Source: Catajapyx aquilonaris
Taxonomy: Eukaryota
Assembly: GCA_000934665.2 (NCBI GenBank)
Contig: KZ538242.1
Location: 1-64,000 of the forward strand
Direction: 5' to 3'
DNA length: 64,000 nucleotides
This document shows positions 40,821 to 54,501 of the stretch, piece after piece. The notes beneath the pieces were generated by a model. That model ran no database searches, was not told the origin of the DNA, and was given only the letters and a program-made list of their open reading frames with translations. The stretch's first letter is position 1, and each line of letters starts with the position of its first letter. The translations under genes were made by a program, and so were the position numbers.

Positions 40821-43800
40821 ATGTCTCCAGTCACCCTGGAGTCTCTGATGGAAGTCTCTCTAGGCAACAGGAGGCTTCTGGAATTGTTGGTCTCCAGGGT
40901 GGACTGGTGCCAGGAGGCCATCGGGAGGGTGGAGGGGTGGATGAAGAAGAAGGGTGGAAGGGACGGGGCAGAAGGTGAAGCACGGACAGTACCACTGTGT
41001 GATGGTGTGCATCGGATATTAATGCGTCTTGGATTCCAGAAGATGCTTCAGGCCAGCTGCTTCCCACTGAGTTTGTTTCTGTCAACACTGGAGATGCTTG
41101 CAGTGGGGCAATGCCTGCGTGTAAGATTGAAACACAAATAAAAGTGGAGGAGGAGGACTGGGGAGACGAGCAGGTGAGGATTGCGCATGAAGGATCAATC
41201 GCTGCGGTAGCCTGTAGTGGTGAAATGTCAGGTTTTGAAATTTATTTGGTTTTGTTTTGTGGCTGACTACCTCCACCTGTAAATAGCAATAAGTGGTTTT
41301 TTTGTAGTTAAAAAATTTGATGGTGATTTGACACAGAAAAAGAAAAACTTGAGGCATTAATTCACTGAATTTTGCCACGTTGGTTTATGGATGATGTGAT
41401 CAAGTAATGAATCACTGGTCATGGGACATCAGGTTATTGGGACACATGTTTGGAAACACAGTTTGCAATTAGTGGATGGGAGAGTAAGCAAAAAAATTAC
41501 AAGTGCCAGTAGTCAATTGAATAAAATTTGTTCTTTTTTTTTCCAGGGGAGCTGGAACAGAGACTTGGAAGCAGAGACAGCCAAAAATATCAGTGAAATT
41601 ACTGCCCTTGTCGGGAATGCTGATTCAGATGATGAACATTCAGCAGGTATGACACGGACGTCGTACATGCATGTTATGATGTGTTTAGACCTAATGGAGT
41701 TGAAACCATGCCCAGTTTTCATATGCCAGTTTCAGTGCTGTTAATAATCCTCCAAATAAGTTTAATATTTTGCAAAGCATGAACCTTGTCCTAGAAGTTG
41801 GGAAGTATCATTTGTACAAAGCAGGAATAATATTGTCAGAGGTGGTCAGAGCAGTTCAGGGTTAAACTGGATATGCTTAACTGACCCACTTTGTGTGCCA
41901 TCTCACTCAGCTCTGTGTTCATTTGCAGGTGGAGCGCATTCCTCACCTGATCTTCCAGTCAATGAAGAAGTTCATTCTTGGGGGATTCTAGAATCGCACC
42001 TTCGTCAAGGGCCAACATTGAAGCTCGAGATGGGCACTGGGAGTGAGTCATGGAGCCAGGTATGATCATTACTTGAGTTCACGAGGAGATAGAAGCCAAA
42101 AGTGGCTCACATTCACCTCTAATCTTATTCCGAGGAAGTGCAACTATTCAGATTCGATTTGTATAGCTGCAAATGTGATTCATGGATTTCCTCCTTGTTA
42201 TGGCATCATCATGACTCATTTTGATGCTGGTGTTTGGCTCATTACGTGCACCTTTACTTATTATATTTAACTATTTTAATGGCAGTGCCAGCTCAAAAGC
42301 AACAAAAAATGAATATAACCACTAGACCATCTCACATGATTGTGCAGGGTACATAAAATGTAGCCTACATTCAAAACAATGGAGAAATTTTTCATGGGCA
42401 ACATATATTAATTAAGGAGAACCCTTGATATAAGGTACATGAAAAAATGAAATAATTATTGATATCTTTTTCCCAATACAGTAAAACCTAAATATAACAC
42501 TGTTCAAGAGACCGCGACAAAGTAGCGTTATAAGCGGGATAGTGTTATATCACGGTTTTACTGTATAATTATTTTGTTTTTAACCCTTAACTACGTAGGT
42601 GGAGCCTGAGAGGCTCAAGCACTATTTAAAAGCATGTAACTTTTTCATCGAGTTTTATTTTCCCCTGTCCTTCCGTGACTTTGTCAGACAAACCTTCCTA
42701 AGCATGAAAAGGAAAGAAAAAATTTTTTAGTCCCTATTGTTTGGTTTAAAAAAATTCGTAACGAGGAACAGGTCCCTCCTGGACTCGATACTGGCTCTAC
42801 CTATGCAGGTGAAGACTGAGCGGCTCAAGCATGATGTAACCTTTTAATTAAGAATTTTTCCCTGTCGGAATATGCTGACTCAGCGTGTGATTTTTACGTT
42901 ATCGGAAGCCTAATGATCTGAACTGCACTTTCTGTATGTGAAAAGTCCAATATAACAATTTAGTTGATAAGCAGAAATTTAAATATACCGTTGGAGCCTC
43001 TCAGGCTCCACCTACGTAGTTAAAGGTGTTTCACCCACCTACGTAGTTAAGGGTTAATTACATTTTTGAATCACCACTTTTGCCAGATTACAAATGGTGA
43101 ATTATATTGGGTACTCTATGTCTGACTATATTATTACCAATATCCATTTATCTGTGATTTTACTTCAGGCCACCACTTCTGCAACCTGGGGGAACACTGA
43201 GTCCATCAAAATTGAGGCGATTCCTTTAGAGGCAAGTGTTTCACGTGATAGTTTAGCACATGGTCATCGTAAAAAAGTAGAGATGAGGAAGCAGTTTGCT
43301 GTACGTGATCTGAACAGGTTCGATGTGGTGAACAAGAGCAGGAATTGATTCACTAGGAATCTTGTTGAATATTGCAGGTTGATGAAGCAGAACAGGCTGA
43401 AATCAGTGACCTGACCTTGCCTGTGAAGGACTCCAGCGATGAACATGCCCCATCTGCTCACTCAGCTGATGATCCTGGCTGTGGCTCAAGTCGGAACAAA
43501 AACCAAAAACCAAATGACACTGATGGCTTCTCTGCTGAGCACCAGGGGACATTTGGTGCTTTGGAAACGGTGAAAGGAAAGGAGGTGCCAGGAAGGAAAT
43601 GGTATCAGTGTGATCTGTGCTCATACAAGACTCAAAAGAGTAGTAACTTCAAGAGCCATAAAATTGTTCACAGAAGTGGTGAAAAGCCTTATGGTTGCAC
43701 TGGTTGCGAAAAGAGATTTACCTCTAAGCAATACATGCAGTTGCATTATAAGGCTGTCCATCTTGGTGTTGCTCCTTTCTGTTGTGATGTGTGCGATAGG

Positions 43801-44106
43801 AAGTTTTATAAGAGGGGGAATTGGGAGGAGCACAAGATGACCCACACTGGCAGGAAGCAGCATTCGTGTCTAGTGTGCAAGAAATCATTTTCTCTAGCTA
43901 GACATTTGAAGTATCACATGCAAATTCACACTGGAGAAAGAGAGCTACACTCTTGCTCCGTTTGTGGCAAAGGGTTCGAGTTCAAATCCGACTTGGTTGC
44001 ACATATTACGGTCCACACTCGTGAGAAGCCGTATTGTTGTGACATATGCCAGAGGAAGTTTGCTGATCGTTCTATCTTAATTCGTCACAAGAAAACCCAC
44101 ACGTAA
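40821..44106 (+). CDS. Head + six-finger ZNF unit; body exons intact (last two fused, 43378-44106) but the exon-2 acceptor is lost
   Basis: ORF 43372-44106 has six fingers. The head/exon-2 junction reads gtgtgat|ggtgtgca, with no AG and out of frame. Confidence 0.65.
42479..42563. mobile_element. Tc1/pogo-like MITE
   Basis: TA|cagtaaaacc..tataacact ... agtgttata..ggttttactg|TA. Absent from the paralog at ~26635. Confidence 0.75.
42584..43053. mobile_element. Non-autonomous piggyBac-like element with a duplicated right end
   Basis: TTAA|cccttaactacgtaggtgg ... ccacctacgtagttaaggg|TTAA. Confidence 0.85.
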
Positions 44107-44858
44107 GCAAGGGCATACACTTGTGCCATGTCTGATAAAACATTTTCTGGCCTACCTGTTTGAAGACACCTCATACTAATGCAAGCTGGTGTCGGCCCTT
44201 CTCAATGTAACTTGTCAAAAAATATATTCTTGCAGTTCATCTCTGAAAACAGTTGCAAAAGTTGTTCACCAAGAAGACAATCAGTTGCATGATTTTTATA
44301 GAACCAAAATGAGTTTAAGCAATACTTTTGTGCAATGAGATTCACTCAAATAATGTTATTTTGATCCGCCGTTTACTTACACCCATGCCCAACCATGTTG
44401 GCATCTCAGCGAGACCCAAGGTTACAATAAATAGCAGCATGAGGGAAAGAAATCTTCTGATTGACATTAAAATACTTCCAGCATTTTAATTTTTATATTT
44501 GCAATTAATCATTATTAGCTGCACTTACAATATAACCAACCCTTTGATTTCGCCACCATGTACAAAAATTTCATACGGTATCGTACATTACCACCATGTA
44601 CTGTACATATGGCTGGAAGGAAGATACTGTACGTGCAATTTCACTGCAAGGTAGAGTATACTTTGCTCTTACAGTGTGTCATAAAGACAACAGGTGGGTA
44701 CACATAAAAACTCTGGAATTCGTATGTAAATATTTAACATTTAATTCAAAGAGTCAGTGTATTGGCTATTATTAGTGTCCTATGCTTTCCAGTGCAACGA
44801 GTATTAGTTGAATGACTTTACGTTTAATTGCTGCTGTGGGAATATTGAAATATATATG

Positions 44859-45230
44859 ACTAGCAGGTTACCTGGGATTGCCCGGGTATGTTGTGGTGGT
44901 TGTGGTTGGGGTATCCATATCTGTATTTTTTTTTAGGATGTTTATTTGGTCATTCGCTTATTTGGGCCACATCTTTGTACCAAACGCTCCTGCAATTTTT
45001 TTATCAAAATAGTCTACCCATTAAATGAACGCTGTTCAAAAATTGACTTACTCAATACCCTTCCATTATTGCAGCAATTCCAGAGCCATAAAGTTGTTGC
45101 ACATGTTGCAAAGACCTATGGTACAGCTTAAATTGGTGAAGGTCTTACGTGTACCTACCTTGTGTCAGTACTTTTATTCCGCCACGGAGGTCTTACTTCT
45201 CCTTTTTTTTCACTGAAGATAATGTGTTTG
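44859..45230. mobile_element. Possible Helentron/HINE-like fragment
   Basis: It starts actagcaggttacctgggattgcccggg (ACTAG plus a short hairpin) and interrupts a spacer shared with other units. The right end is uncertain. Confidence 0.3.
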
Positions 45231-45913
45231 CCCGTATTAGCTAATTGGCTGTAGGGTTAATTGCTGTTGTGTCTTGTGTGAATATTTAAATGTGTCTCTC
45301 TGTCACAGGAGAATTTTTACCATTCGATAGTAATTTTTTTAACAGTCCATGACGAGATCTTAATTGTTCCTGCCACACATGAATGTACGTACCGGTACGT
45401 ATAGGGTAGTTTCAGGTGCTCTTAATTTTATTTTGTGGAATCAAAGTGCTGGCAAATGGTTGAATGATTTGTAATTAATTTGATTAAATTGTAATTTGTT
45501 TGTAATCGATTACTTGCCCATTCATATGAAAATATCAATATCAATTTTTTGTGAATGTTAATTATCAAATTGTCATGGAGTGACATGTTCATTGGTGTTA
45601 ATGGACATTAACAAATCCACATAATTTAATATTTTGGTGCTATTTCCAACGTTGACATGAATACATCGGACAGAAGGGACACTTCGAACTGTTTCTTAGA
45701 CGGCGATAGGAACACGCCCTCTTTAACATGTTCCAAGATGGCGACCGTGTGAAATCCGTTAGAAGCACGTTGTTTTGAAGCATTTCCTTTCCATTTCCCC
45801 ATCCTTTTGGACCCCCTTCCTTTCCTTTTATCCATCTCCCTTCTGGTTTACCATCATCTGGTCTTCCCTTACCAACAACAGAACCTGTCTGGAGACAAAG
45901 AGGTGCACAAGCC

Positions 45914-48900
45914 ATGTCTCCAGTCACCCTGGAGTCTCTGATGGAAGTCTCCCTTCGCAACGAGAGGCTTCTGGAATGTTTGGTCTCTCGCATGGACTGG
46001 TGCCAGGAGGCCATCTGGAGGCTGCAGGTTTGGATGAACGGAGCTGGAGATGGAAGTGACGGAGCAAGTACTCAAGGTGAAGCATGAGCTTTTCCGTGAT
46101 CATTCTGAACCATTTTGTATAAGGGTGTGCATCGGATACTAATGCGTCTTGCATTTTCAGAAGTTGCTTCAGGCCAGTCCCTTCCCACCGAGTCTGTTTC
46201 TGTCAACACTGGAGATGCAGGCAGCGAGTCAATGCCTGCGTGTGACATTGAAATAAAAGTGGAGGAAGAGGATTGGGAAGAGGAGCAGGTCAGGACACGA
46301 TCAAGTGCAATTTTGCAATTCAAACTCCCAACATTTGGAATCAGATGTTTTACTTTTTATTATTGTGGCTGACTACTGGCGTGTTTGAAGGTGCTTTCAC
46401 GTACGAGCGATTTGACGAACGAAGCAGATCAAAATCGTCGCCGAGGCTGGAATTGGCAATCAGTGTTCGCCTCAAACAATATTGGTTGTAAACTTGGGTT
46501 ACTCAGCCTCGGCGAAGATCTCACTTGTCAAATCGCTCACATGTAAACGCACCTTAAATAGCAATTAGTGGATTTCTGTTAAAGATGTTGATGATAAATT
46601 GATACAGAAATATATAGGGTGGTATTTTCGTACCACTGATAGGTACTGCTAACTTACAGTTAGTAGTACCAGTGTTGGCCATGGCACTGATAAGTTAGCA
46701 GTAACTATCAGTGAGACGAAAATTCCACCCATAAATTTTAGGCATTAAATTAATGAAGGTTTATGGCGAGATGTGAGTGTCACGTAATGAATCACTGCTC
46801 ATGGGGCATTGGCTTATGGGGACACATTGATTGCAAACACAGTTTTCAATTTGGGACTTGGAGAGTTAGCAAAAAAAAATTAATGGTGCCAATGACTAGT
46901 CAATTGAATAAAATGTGTTCTTATTTTTTAGGAGAGCTGGAACAGAGACTTTGAAGCAGAGACAGACGTAAACATCAGTGAAATTGCTGCCCTTGTTGGC
47001 AATGTTGATTCAGACGCTACCTCACCTGATCTTCCAGCCATTGAAGAAGTTCATTCCTGTGGGACTCAAGAATTGCACCTGCTTCAAGAGCCAATGTTGC
47101 AAGAGGAGTTTGGTATGGAGAGTGAGTCATTGAATCAGGTACAGTCATTTCTTGATTATATTTGAGGAGGTGGAAGTCACGACTGGCTTCTTCACCAAAA
47201 CCTCATTTTGAGAAAATGCTACTTTCCTGTTTCGATTAGTGTAACTGCAAATGTGATTCCCAGATTTCCTCCTCTTGTTATGGTACCAAGATAATTCATT
47301 TTGCTCGATGGCTTTGGCTCATTAGGAGGAAATCGCAGCTGTAAACAAATTCATGTGCATAATATTATAGAATGAAACACACTAATCATTATGCAGTCAG
47401 CCTGCAAACTTGATGATTATACTACGAGTATTTTCGCTTTTGATGGAACCACCACCTGTGTCAGTTAACTCCCAGTGTATGACAGTTAAATTATGGGTAC
47501 TCCATGAGTGCGTTTACATGGGACTAAAAATCGGCCTAGCCTATGCTAGGCGAACCGGTTTACTCCCATGTAGCCGCTGGGCCTACGATAGACCGGCCTT
47601 ATCTGATCCGTTGTCGGGCGCAGCCCAAGCCTTTTGGATCGGAGTCCCATGTAAACGTACTCCATATCTGATTTTATTATTTCCTGGTCTTCATTTATCT
47701 GTTATTTCACTTCAGGCCTCCACTTCTTCAACTTGGGAGAACACTGAGTCTGTCAATGTTGAGAAGATGCCTTCAGAGGCAAGTGTTTCACATTATAATT
47801 TAGCACGTGGCCCTTGTAAAAGAGTAAAGAGAAAGAAGCTCTTTGCTGTAAGTGATCTGAGTAGAACTGATGTGAACAACATAAGATTCACTAAAGTCAT
47901 ATTGAATATTGCAGGTTGATGAAACAAAAAAGACTGAAATTAGTGACCTGATCGTGCATGTGAATGACCCCAGCAAAGAATGTGATCCATCTGCTCAATT
48001 GGCTGATGATCCTGGTTGTGGCTCAAGTCGGAAAAAAAACCAACCCCGAAAAAGGAGGGTATGTTTGTCTTAGTGTTAGCGAATCAGGGCCAAACCTGAT
48101 TGCTGGAACTGTAGTTTTTTTTAGCAGTTAACTTAAACTGAACTTAACATGAGCAATACTGGTGCAACTTAAAGGCAAGTTTTGCTGAGCCACTTTTCAA
48201 CAAATTTATTCACTATCGCCGCAGGGCCATATAATTTTCCTTGCCACTGCAGAAGAGAGCATCAGGCTGTCTCTGTGATATTGTGCATTACTTTTTGATT
48301 CACCCTCGTATTAAATCTTTGCTAGAATGTGTTTCTAACTCTGTTGTAAGTAACACCACAGATTGGTCATGCATTTGTCGATAATCACAACAACTTGGAA
48401 TCTTCATTTCCACCTGCATTACTTTTAAATTCTTTGTAGCGCAAACAACTCCTGCAGCCAACTGAAACAGACAGTCTGAGTGACGCTGATGGCTTCTCTG
48501 CTCAGTACAAGGGGACTTCTGGTGCTTTGGAAATGGTGAAAGGAAAGGAGCTGCCTGGAAAGAAATGGTATCAGTGTGATCTATGCTCATATAAGACTCA
48601 AAACAGTGGGTTATTCAAAAGGCATAAAATTGTTCACAGAAGTGATGACAAGCCTTACGGTTGTACTGCTTGTGAAAAACGATATATGTCAAAGTACTCC
48701 TTGCAATCGCATTATAATGTTGTCCACCATGGTATTGCTCCTTTTGCTTGTGAAGTGTGTGGTAGGAAGTTTTGTGAGAGGAGGAATTTTGAGGAGCACA
48801 CGATGACCCACACTGGCAGGAAGCAGCATTCATGTCAAGTGTGCGAAAAATCCTTTACTCTATCCAGACAATTGAAGTATCACATGCAATTTCACACTGG

Positions 48901-49072
48901 AGAAAGAGAGTTACACAGTTGCACTCATTGTGGGAAAAAATATGAGCACAAATACAACTGGCTTTACCATATGAGGACTCACACTGGTGAGAAGCCCTTT
49001 TGTTGCGACATTTGCCAGAAGAAGTTTGCTCGTCTGGATGACTTAACCGAGCACAGGAAATCCCATACATAA
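45914..49072 (+). CDS. Complete ZNF gene with a divergent head (MSPVTLESLMEVSLRNERLLECLVSRMDWCQEAIWRLQVWM) and 6 fingers
   Basis: Intron 1 is a ~47-nt GT-AG intron. Linker exons and terminal exon 48440-49072 are open and in phase. Confidence 0.82.
46389..46554. mobile_element. MITE (GGTGCGTTTACATGTGAGCGATTTGAC family)
   Basis: TIRs aggtgctttcacgtacgagcgatttgac / gtcaaatcgctcacatgtaaacgcacct. Duplicated at 50862-51028. Confidence 0.75.
46617..46730. mobile_element. Palindromic MITE
   Basis: TIR gggtggtattttcgt / acgaaaattccaccc with ATA duplication. An identical copy is at 51088-51201. Confidence 0.75.
47506..47662. mobile_element. MITE
   Basis: TIR gagtgcgtttacatgggact / agtcccatgtaaacgtactc with CAT duplication. 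The empty site gggtactccatgtctg is at ~51915 and ~57450. Confidence 0.85.
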
Positions 49073-49424
49073 GCAATGCCAAAGGGTTGTGCCATGTCTG
49101 ATAAAACATTTGCAGGCTTACCTGTTTGAAAACACCACATGTTAATGGACATTGGTGTCAAGTCATTTCAGTGGATCTTGTGTGAGAATGTGCATTTTTG
49201 CAGATCATACCTGAACAAACATGTAAAAAGTCATTCCCAATGGAAGATATGGAGTTGCATGATTTGTATTTCACTGAGCAACATTAAGCAGTTCCTTTGT
49301 GTTCATGAGATCTATTCAAGTACATAATGCTATTTTGATATGTGATTGACTCACACCCATGGCCAACCGTGTTGCTGTAGTCGGCCAGGATTGAAAAGTG
49401 CTAAAAAAAAAGGACAAAGACTTG

Positions 49425-49593
49425 AGGCCCATTCACACAGGCCGTCGACGGTTTTGATTTTTGGTCTCGTCGACGCCGCGGACCAATCAGAACGGGCCCT
49501 CACGTAAACAATACGTCATGGTTACCGTGAGGGCCCGCTCTGATTGGTCCAAAACCAAAACCAAAACCGTCGACAGCCTGTGTGAATCGGCCT
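49425..49593. mobile_element. Palindromic MITE, Harbinger-like
   Basis: TIR aggcccattcacacagg / cctgtgtgaatcggcct. Same family as 53468. Confidence 0.8.
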
Positions 49594-50398
49594 TTAAAGA
49601 AAGTTCATTTACATTTACATTTTTGACCCATTCCAACTTTTTAGTTTTTAGTTTTGAAACTAATCATAATTAACATGCCTTACATATGCACTTGCCTTAC
49701 AGTGAAACCATCCCTTACCTCCTGCAAGTCATGCACAATAATCTTATACAGCAATAATGTACCTGACAGGTGGCGGCAGGGGGGGAAAAAAAGTGTTTTT
49801 TTATTGCAGGGTAAGTCTGCTATAGATTCTAATCATCTGTTGCAAAGTATCATATAAGACATACTGTAAGTGTGGAATTCACTGGTGAATATTTAATATT
49901 ATGTTGGGTGATCTCGGTGGATTGGGGCCATTTAGTGCCTTCCACTCTTCAGGGAAAAGAGTACTGACCGGTACTGACTGACTATTTATTTGGAAATAAA
50001 TTGCGGTTGTGTGAATACCGATATTGTTTCTGAGTTCTGTCATTACCTGGCTGGCTGTTGTATTTATTTTAGTTTTAGACAAAGGCTGCCTTTTCATGCT
50101 ATGTAGCCATGGCAAGATTAATCCATCAAAATGTTTCCAACGCTGACATTCCATTGAAAACATCGGTCAGAACGCACCCTGAGGTCTGTTTCTCAGACGG
50201 CGATAGGAACACGCCCTCACCCAATCCAAGATGGCGACCGTCTCTTTCCTTTAAGAAGACTTTTCCTCTGAAGCATTTCCTTTCCATTTCCACCTCCTTT
50301 TGGACCCCCTTCCTTCCCTCTGTCCGTCTCCCTTCTGATCCAGCATCATCTGGACCACATCATCCGAACATCTGAGGACTCTTAGAGGTGCACAAGCC

Positions 50399-53300
50399 AT
50401 GTCTCCAGTCACCCTGGAGTCTCTGATGGAAGTCTCTCTAGGCAACAGGAGGCTTCTGGAAGGATTGATGTCACGGATGGACTGGTGCCAGGAGGCCATC
50501 TGGAGGCTGCAGGTTTGGATGAACGGAGCTGGAGATGGAAGTGACGGAGCAAGTACTCAAGGTGAAGCATGAGCGTTTCCGTGATCACTTTGTAAGGGTG
50601 TGCATCGGATATTAATGCGTCTTGCATTTTCAGAAGTTGCTTCAGGCCAGTCCCTTCCCACCGAGTCTGTTTCTGTCAACACTGGAGATGCAGGCAGCGA
50701 GTCAATGCCTGCGTGTGACATTGAAATAAAAGTGGAGGAAGAGGATTGGGAAGAGGAGCAGGTCAGGACACGATCAAGTGCAATTTTGCAATTCAAACTC
50801 CCAACATTTGGAATCAGATGTTTTACTTTTTATTATTGTGGCTGACTACTGGCGTGTTTGAAGGTGCTTTCACGTACGAGCGATTTGACGAACGAAGCAG
50901 ATCAAAATCGTCGCCGAGGCTGGAATTGGCAATCAGTGTTCGCCTCAAACAATATTGGTTGTAAACTTGGGTTACTCAGCCTCGGCGAAGATCTCGCTGG
51001 TCAAATCGCTCACATGTAAAACGCACCTATAGCAATTACTGGATTTGCGTTAAAGATGTTGATGATAAATTGATACAGAAATATATAGGGTGGTATTTTC
51101 GTACCACTGATAGGTACTGCTAACTTACAGTTAGTAGTACCAGTGTTGGCCATGGCACTGATAAGTTAGCAGTAACTATCAGTGAGACGAAAATTCCACC
51201 CATAAATTTTAGGCATTAAATTAATGAAGGTTTATGGGAGATGTGAGTGTCACGTAATGAATCACTGCTCATGGGGCATTAGCTTATGGGGACACATGAT
51301 TGGAAACACAGTTTTCAATTTGGGACTTGGAGAGTTAGCAAAAAAAAATTAATGGTGCCAATGACTAGTCGATTGAATAAAATGTGTTCTTATTTTTTTT
51401 AGGAGAGCTGGAACAGAGACTTTGAAGCAGAGACAGACATAAACATCAGTGAAATTGCTGCCCTTGTCGGCAATGTTGATTCAGACGCTACCTCACCTGA
51501 TCTTCCAGCCATTGAAGAAGTTCATTCCCGTGGGATTCAAGAATTCCACCTGCTTCAAGAGCCAATGTTGCAAGAGGAGTTGGGTAGGGAGAGTGAGTCA
51601 TTGAAACAGGTACAGTCATTATTCTTGATTATATTTGAGAAAATGCCACTTTCCTGTTTCGATTAGTGTAACTGCAAATGTGATTCCCAGATGTCCTCCT
51701 CTTGTTATGGTAACTCATTTACTCATTTTGACCGATGACTTTGGCTCATTAGGAGGAAATCGCTGCGGTAAACATATTCAAGTGCATAATATTGTAGAAT
51801 GAAACATTTACGAATCATTATGCAGTCAGCCTGCAAACTTTATGATTATATTTTGGATTTTGATGGACCCACCACCTTTGTCAGTTAATTGCCAGTGTGT
51901 GACAGTTAAATTATGGGTACTCCATGTCTGATTTTATTATTACCTGGTCTTCATTTATCTGTTATTTCACTTCAGGCCTCCACTTCTTCAACTTGGGAGA
52001 ACACTGAGTCTGTCAATGTTGAGAAGATTCCATTAGAGGTAAGTTTTGCACAAGATGATTTCGCACATGGCCCTCGTAAAAGAGGAAAGAGAAAGAAGCT
52101 GTTTGCTGTGAGTGATCTGAATAGAACTGATGAGAACAACATCAGATTCACTACAAGTCTATTAAATATTGCAGATTGATGAAACAAAAAAGACTGAAAT
52201 TGGTGACCTGATCTTGCCTGTGAATGACTCAAGCAAAGAATGTGCTCCATCTGCTCAATCGGCTGATGATCCTGGTTGTGGCTCAAGTCGGGGAAAAAAC
52301 CAACCTCGAAAAAGGAGGGTATGTTTGTCTTAGTGTTAGCGAATCAGGGCCAAACCTGACTGCTGGAACTGTAGGTTGTTTTGGCAGTTAACTTAAACTG
52401 AATACTTAACATGAATCTTAACATGAACAGTACTGGTGCAACTGAAACTGACATACACGTATGAAAGGGCAGGTCTCTCTCGTCCACTTTTCAGTAAAAT
52501 CACCATACAAATTGATTCACTTTGGGGCATATAATTTTCCATGCCACTGCAGAAGAGAGCATCAGGCTGTATCTTTCTGTGGTGAATCTTTGGAATTTAA
52601 ACAGTTGTGCATTACTTTTTGATTCCTCCTCCTATTAAAGATTTGGTAGAATTTGTTTCTAACTTTGTTTTATGACAGGGCACAGATTGCTCGTGCATTT
52701 GTCCTTAATCACAACAATTTGGATTGCTCATTTCCGCCTGCATTACTTTTGAATTCTTTATAGCGCAAGCAACTGTTGCAGCCAACTGAAACAGATAGTC
52801 CGGTTGACACTGATGGCTTCTTTGCTGAGCACGAGGGGACTTCTGGTGCTTTGCAAATGGTGAAGGGAAAGAAGGTGCCAGGAAAGAAATGGCATCAGTG
52901 TGATCTATGCTCATATAAGACGAAAAACAGTGCGTCATTCAAAAGCCATGAAATTGTTCACAGAAGTGGTGGAAAGCCTTACCGTTGCGCTGCTTGTGAA
53001 AAACGATATATGTCAAAGTACTCCTTGCAATCGCATTATGAGGTTGTCCATCTTGATGTAGCTCCTTTCAGTTGTGAAGTGTGTGATAGGAAGTTTAAAG
53101 AAAGGAGGAGACTTGAGGAGCACAAGATGACCCACGCTGGCAAGAAGCAGCATTCGTGTCAAATGTGCAAAAAATCCTATACTCTAGCTAGGCATCTGAA
53201 GTATCACATGCAATATCACACCGGAGAAAGAGAGTTACACCCTTGCTCCATTTGTGGCAAAGGGTTTGTGTCCAAATCTAAACTGGGTGATCATGTGAGG

Positions 53301-53444
53301 AGTCACACTGGGGAGAAGCGGTATTGTTGCGACATTTGCCAGAAGAAGTTTGCTCGTCTGGATTACTTCACCCACCACAAGAAATCCACACATAAGCAAT
53401 GTCCTGGAGTTCTCCCGTGTCTGATCAAACATTTGCTGCCTTAA
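50399..53444 (+). CDS. Complete ZNF gene with a chimeric head and 6 fingers
   Basis: Intron 1 is 35 nt. The exon-5 donor is GT at 52039. The terminal exon corresponds to ORF 52776-53444. Confidence 0.8.
50862..51028. mobile_element. MITE, duplicate of 46389-46554
   Basis: Near-identical sequence at the same intron position. Confidence 0.75.
51088..51201. mobile_element. MITE, duplicate of 46617-46730
   Basis: Identical sequence at the same intron position. Confidence 0.75.
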
Positions 53445-53467
53445 CCGTTTGAAATCACCAAATGTTA

Positions 53468-53625
53468 AGGCCCATTCACACAGGTCGACGGTTTTGGTCT
53501 TTGGTTGCGTTGACGCCGCGGACCAATCAAGACAAGTATTGCGCTTGTTTACACGAGTCAGGATTGGTCCGTGGCGTCAACGCTACCAAAGACCAAAACC
53601 GTCGATGGCCTGTGTGAATGGTCCT
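53468..53625. mobile_element. Palindromic MITE, Harbinger-like
   Basis: TIR aggcccattcacacagg / cctgtgtgaatggtcct with TTA duplication. The empty site catgttaatgcac is at ~17815. Confidence 0.85.
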
Positions 53626-54501
53626 TTAATGCACAATCAGTGCAACTTGTTTCAGATTTTGCATTTTTCCAGATCATACCTGAACAAACATGTAAAAGTC
53701 ATTCCCCATGGATGATAATTATGAAGCTGCATGATTTTTTTTTTTCACTGAGCAAGATTAATCAGTGCCTTTGTGTTCATGAGATCCATTCAATCACATA
53801 ATGCTATTTTGATATGTGATTCACCCACACCCAGCATTGAAAAGTGCAAAAGAAAAAAAAAAAGCACGAAGACTGAAAGCAAGTTCCGGATTTACATTTT
53901 TGACTCATTCCAACTTTTTTAGTTTTGATACTAATAATAATTACCATCCCTGACATATGCACTTACCTTGCGGTGAGACAATCCCTTACCTCATGCAAGT
54001 CATGTACAAATACCTTATACAGCCATGTACTGTACATGACTGGCTGGCAAGTGTATTTTTATTGCTGTGTAAGCTTGCTAGAGGATAATATTGTCTCATG
54101 TCATAAAGACAAGTGCCTTCTTTTCATACTGTAAGTGTCGAATTCAGTGGCAAATATTTTTAATATTATGTTGAGTGATCTCAGTGGATTGGGGCCATTT
54201 AAGTGCCTTCCACTTTTCAGGGAAAAGAGACTGTGACTATTTATTTGGAAATAAATTGCTATTGTGGGAATATCGATATTGTTTGTGAGCTCTCAGGCAG
54301 CGATAGGAACACGCCCTCTTAAACCCAATCCAAGATGGCGACCGTCTCTTTCCTTTAAGAAGACTGTTCCTCTGAAGCATTTCTTTTCCATTTCCGCCTC
54401 CTTTGGAGCCCATTCCTTCCCTTTTTTCGACTCGCTTCTGGTTCAGCATAATCTGGACCATATCATCCGAACATCTGAGGACTCTTAGAGGTGCACAAGC
54501 C

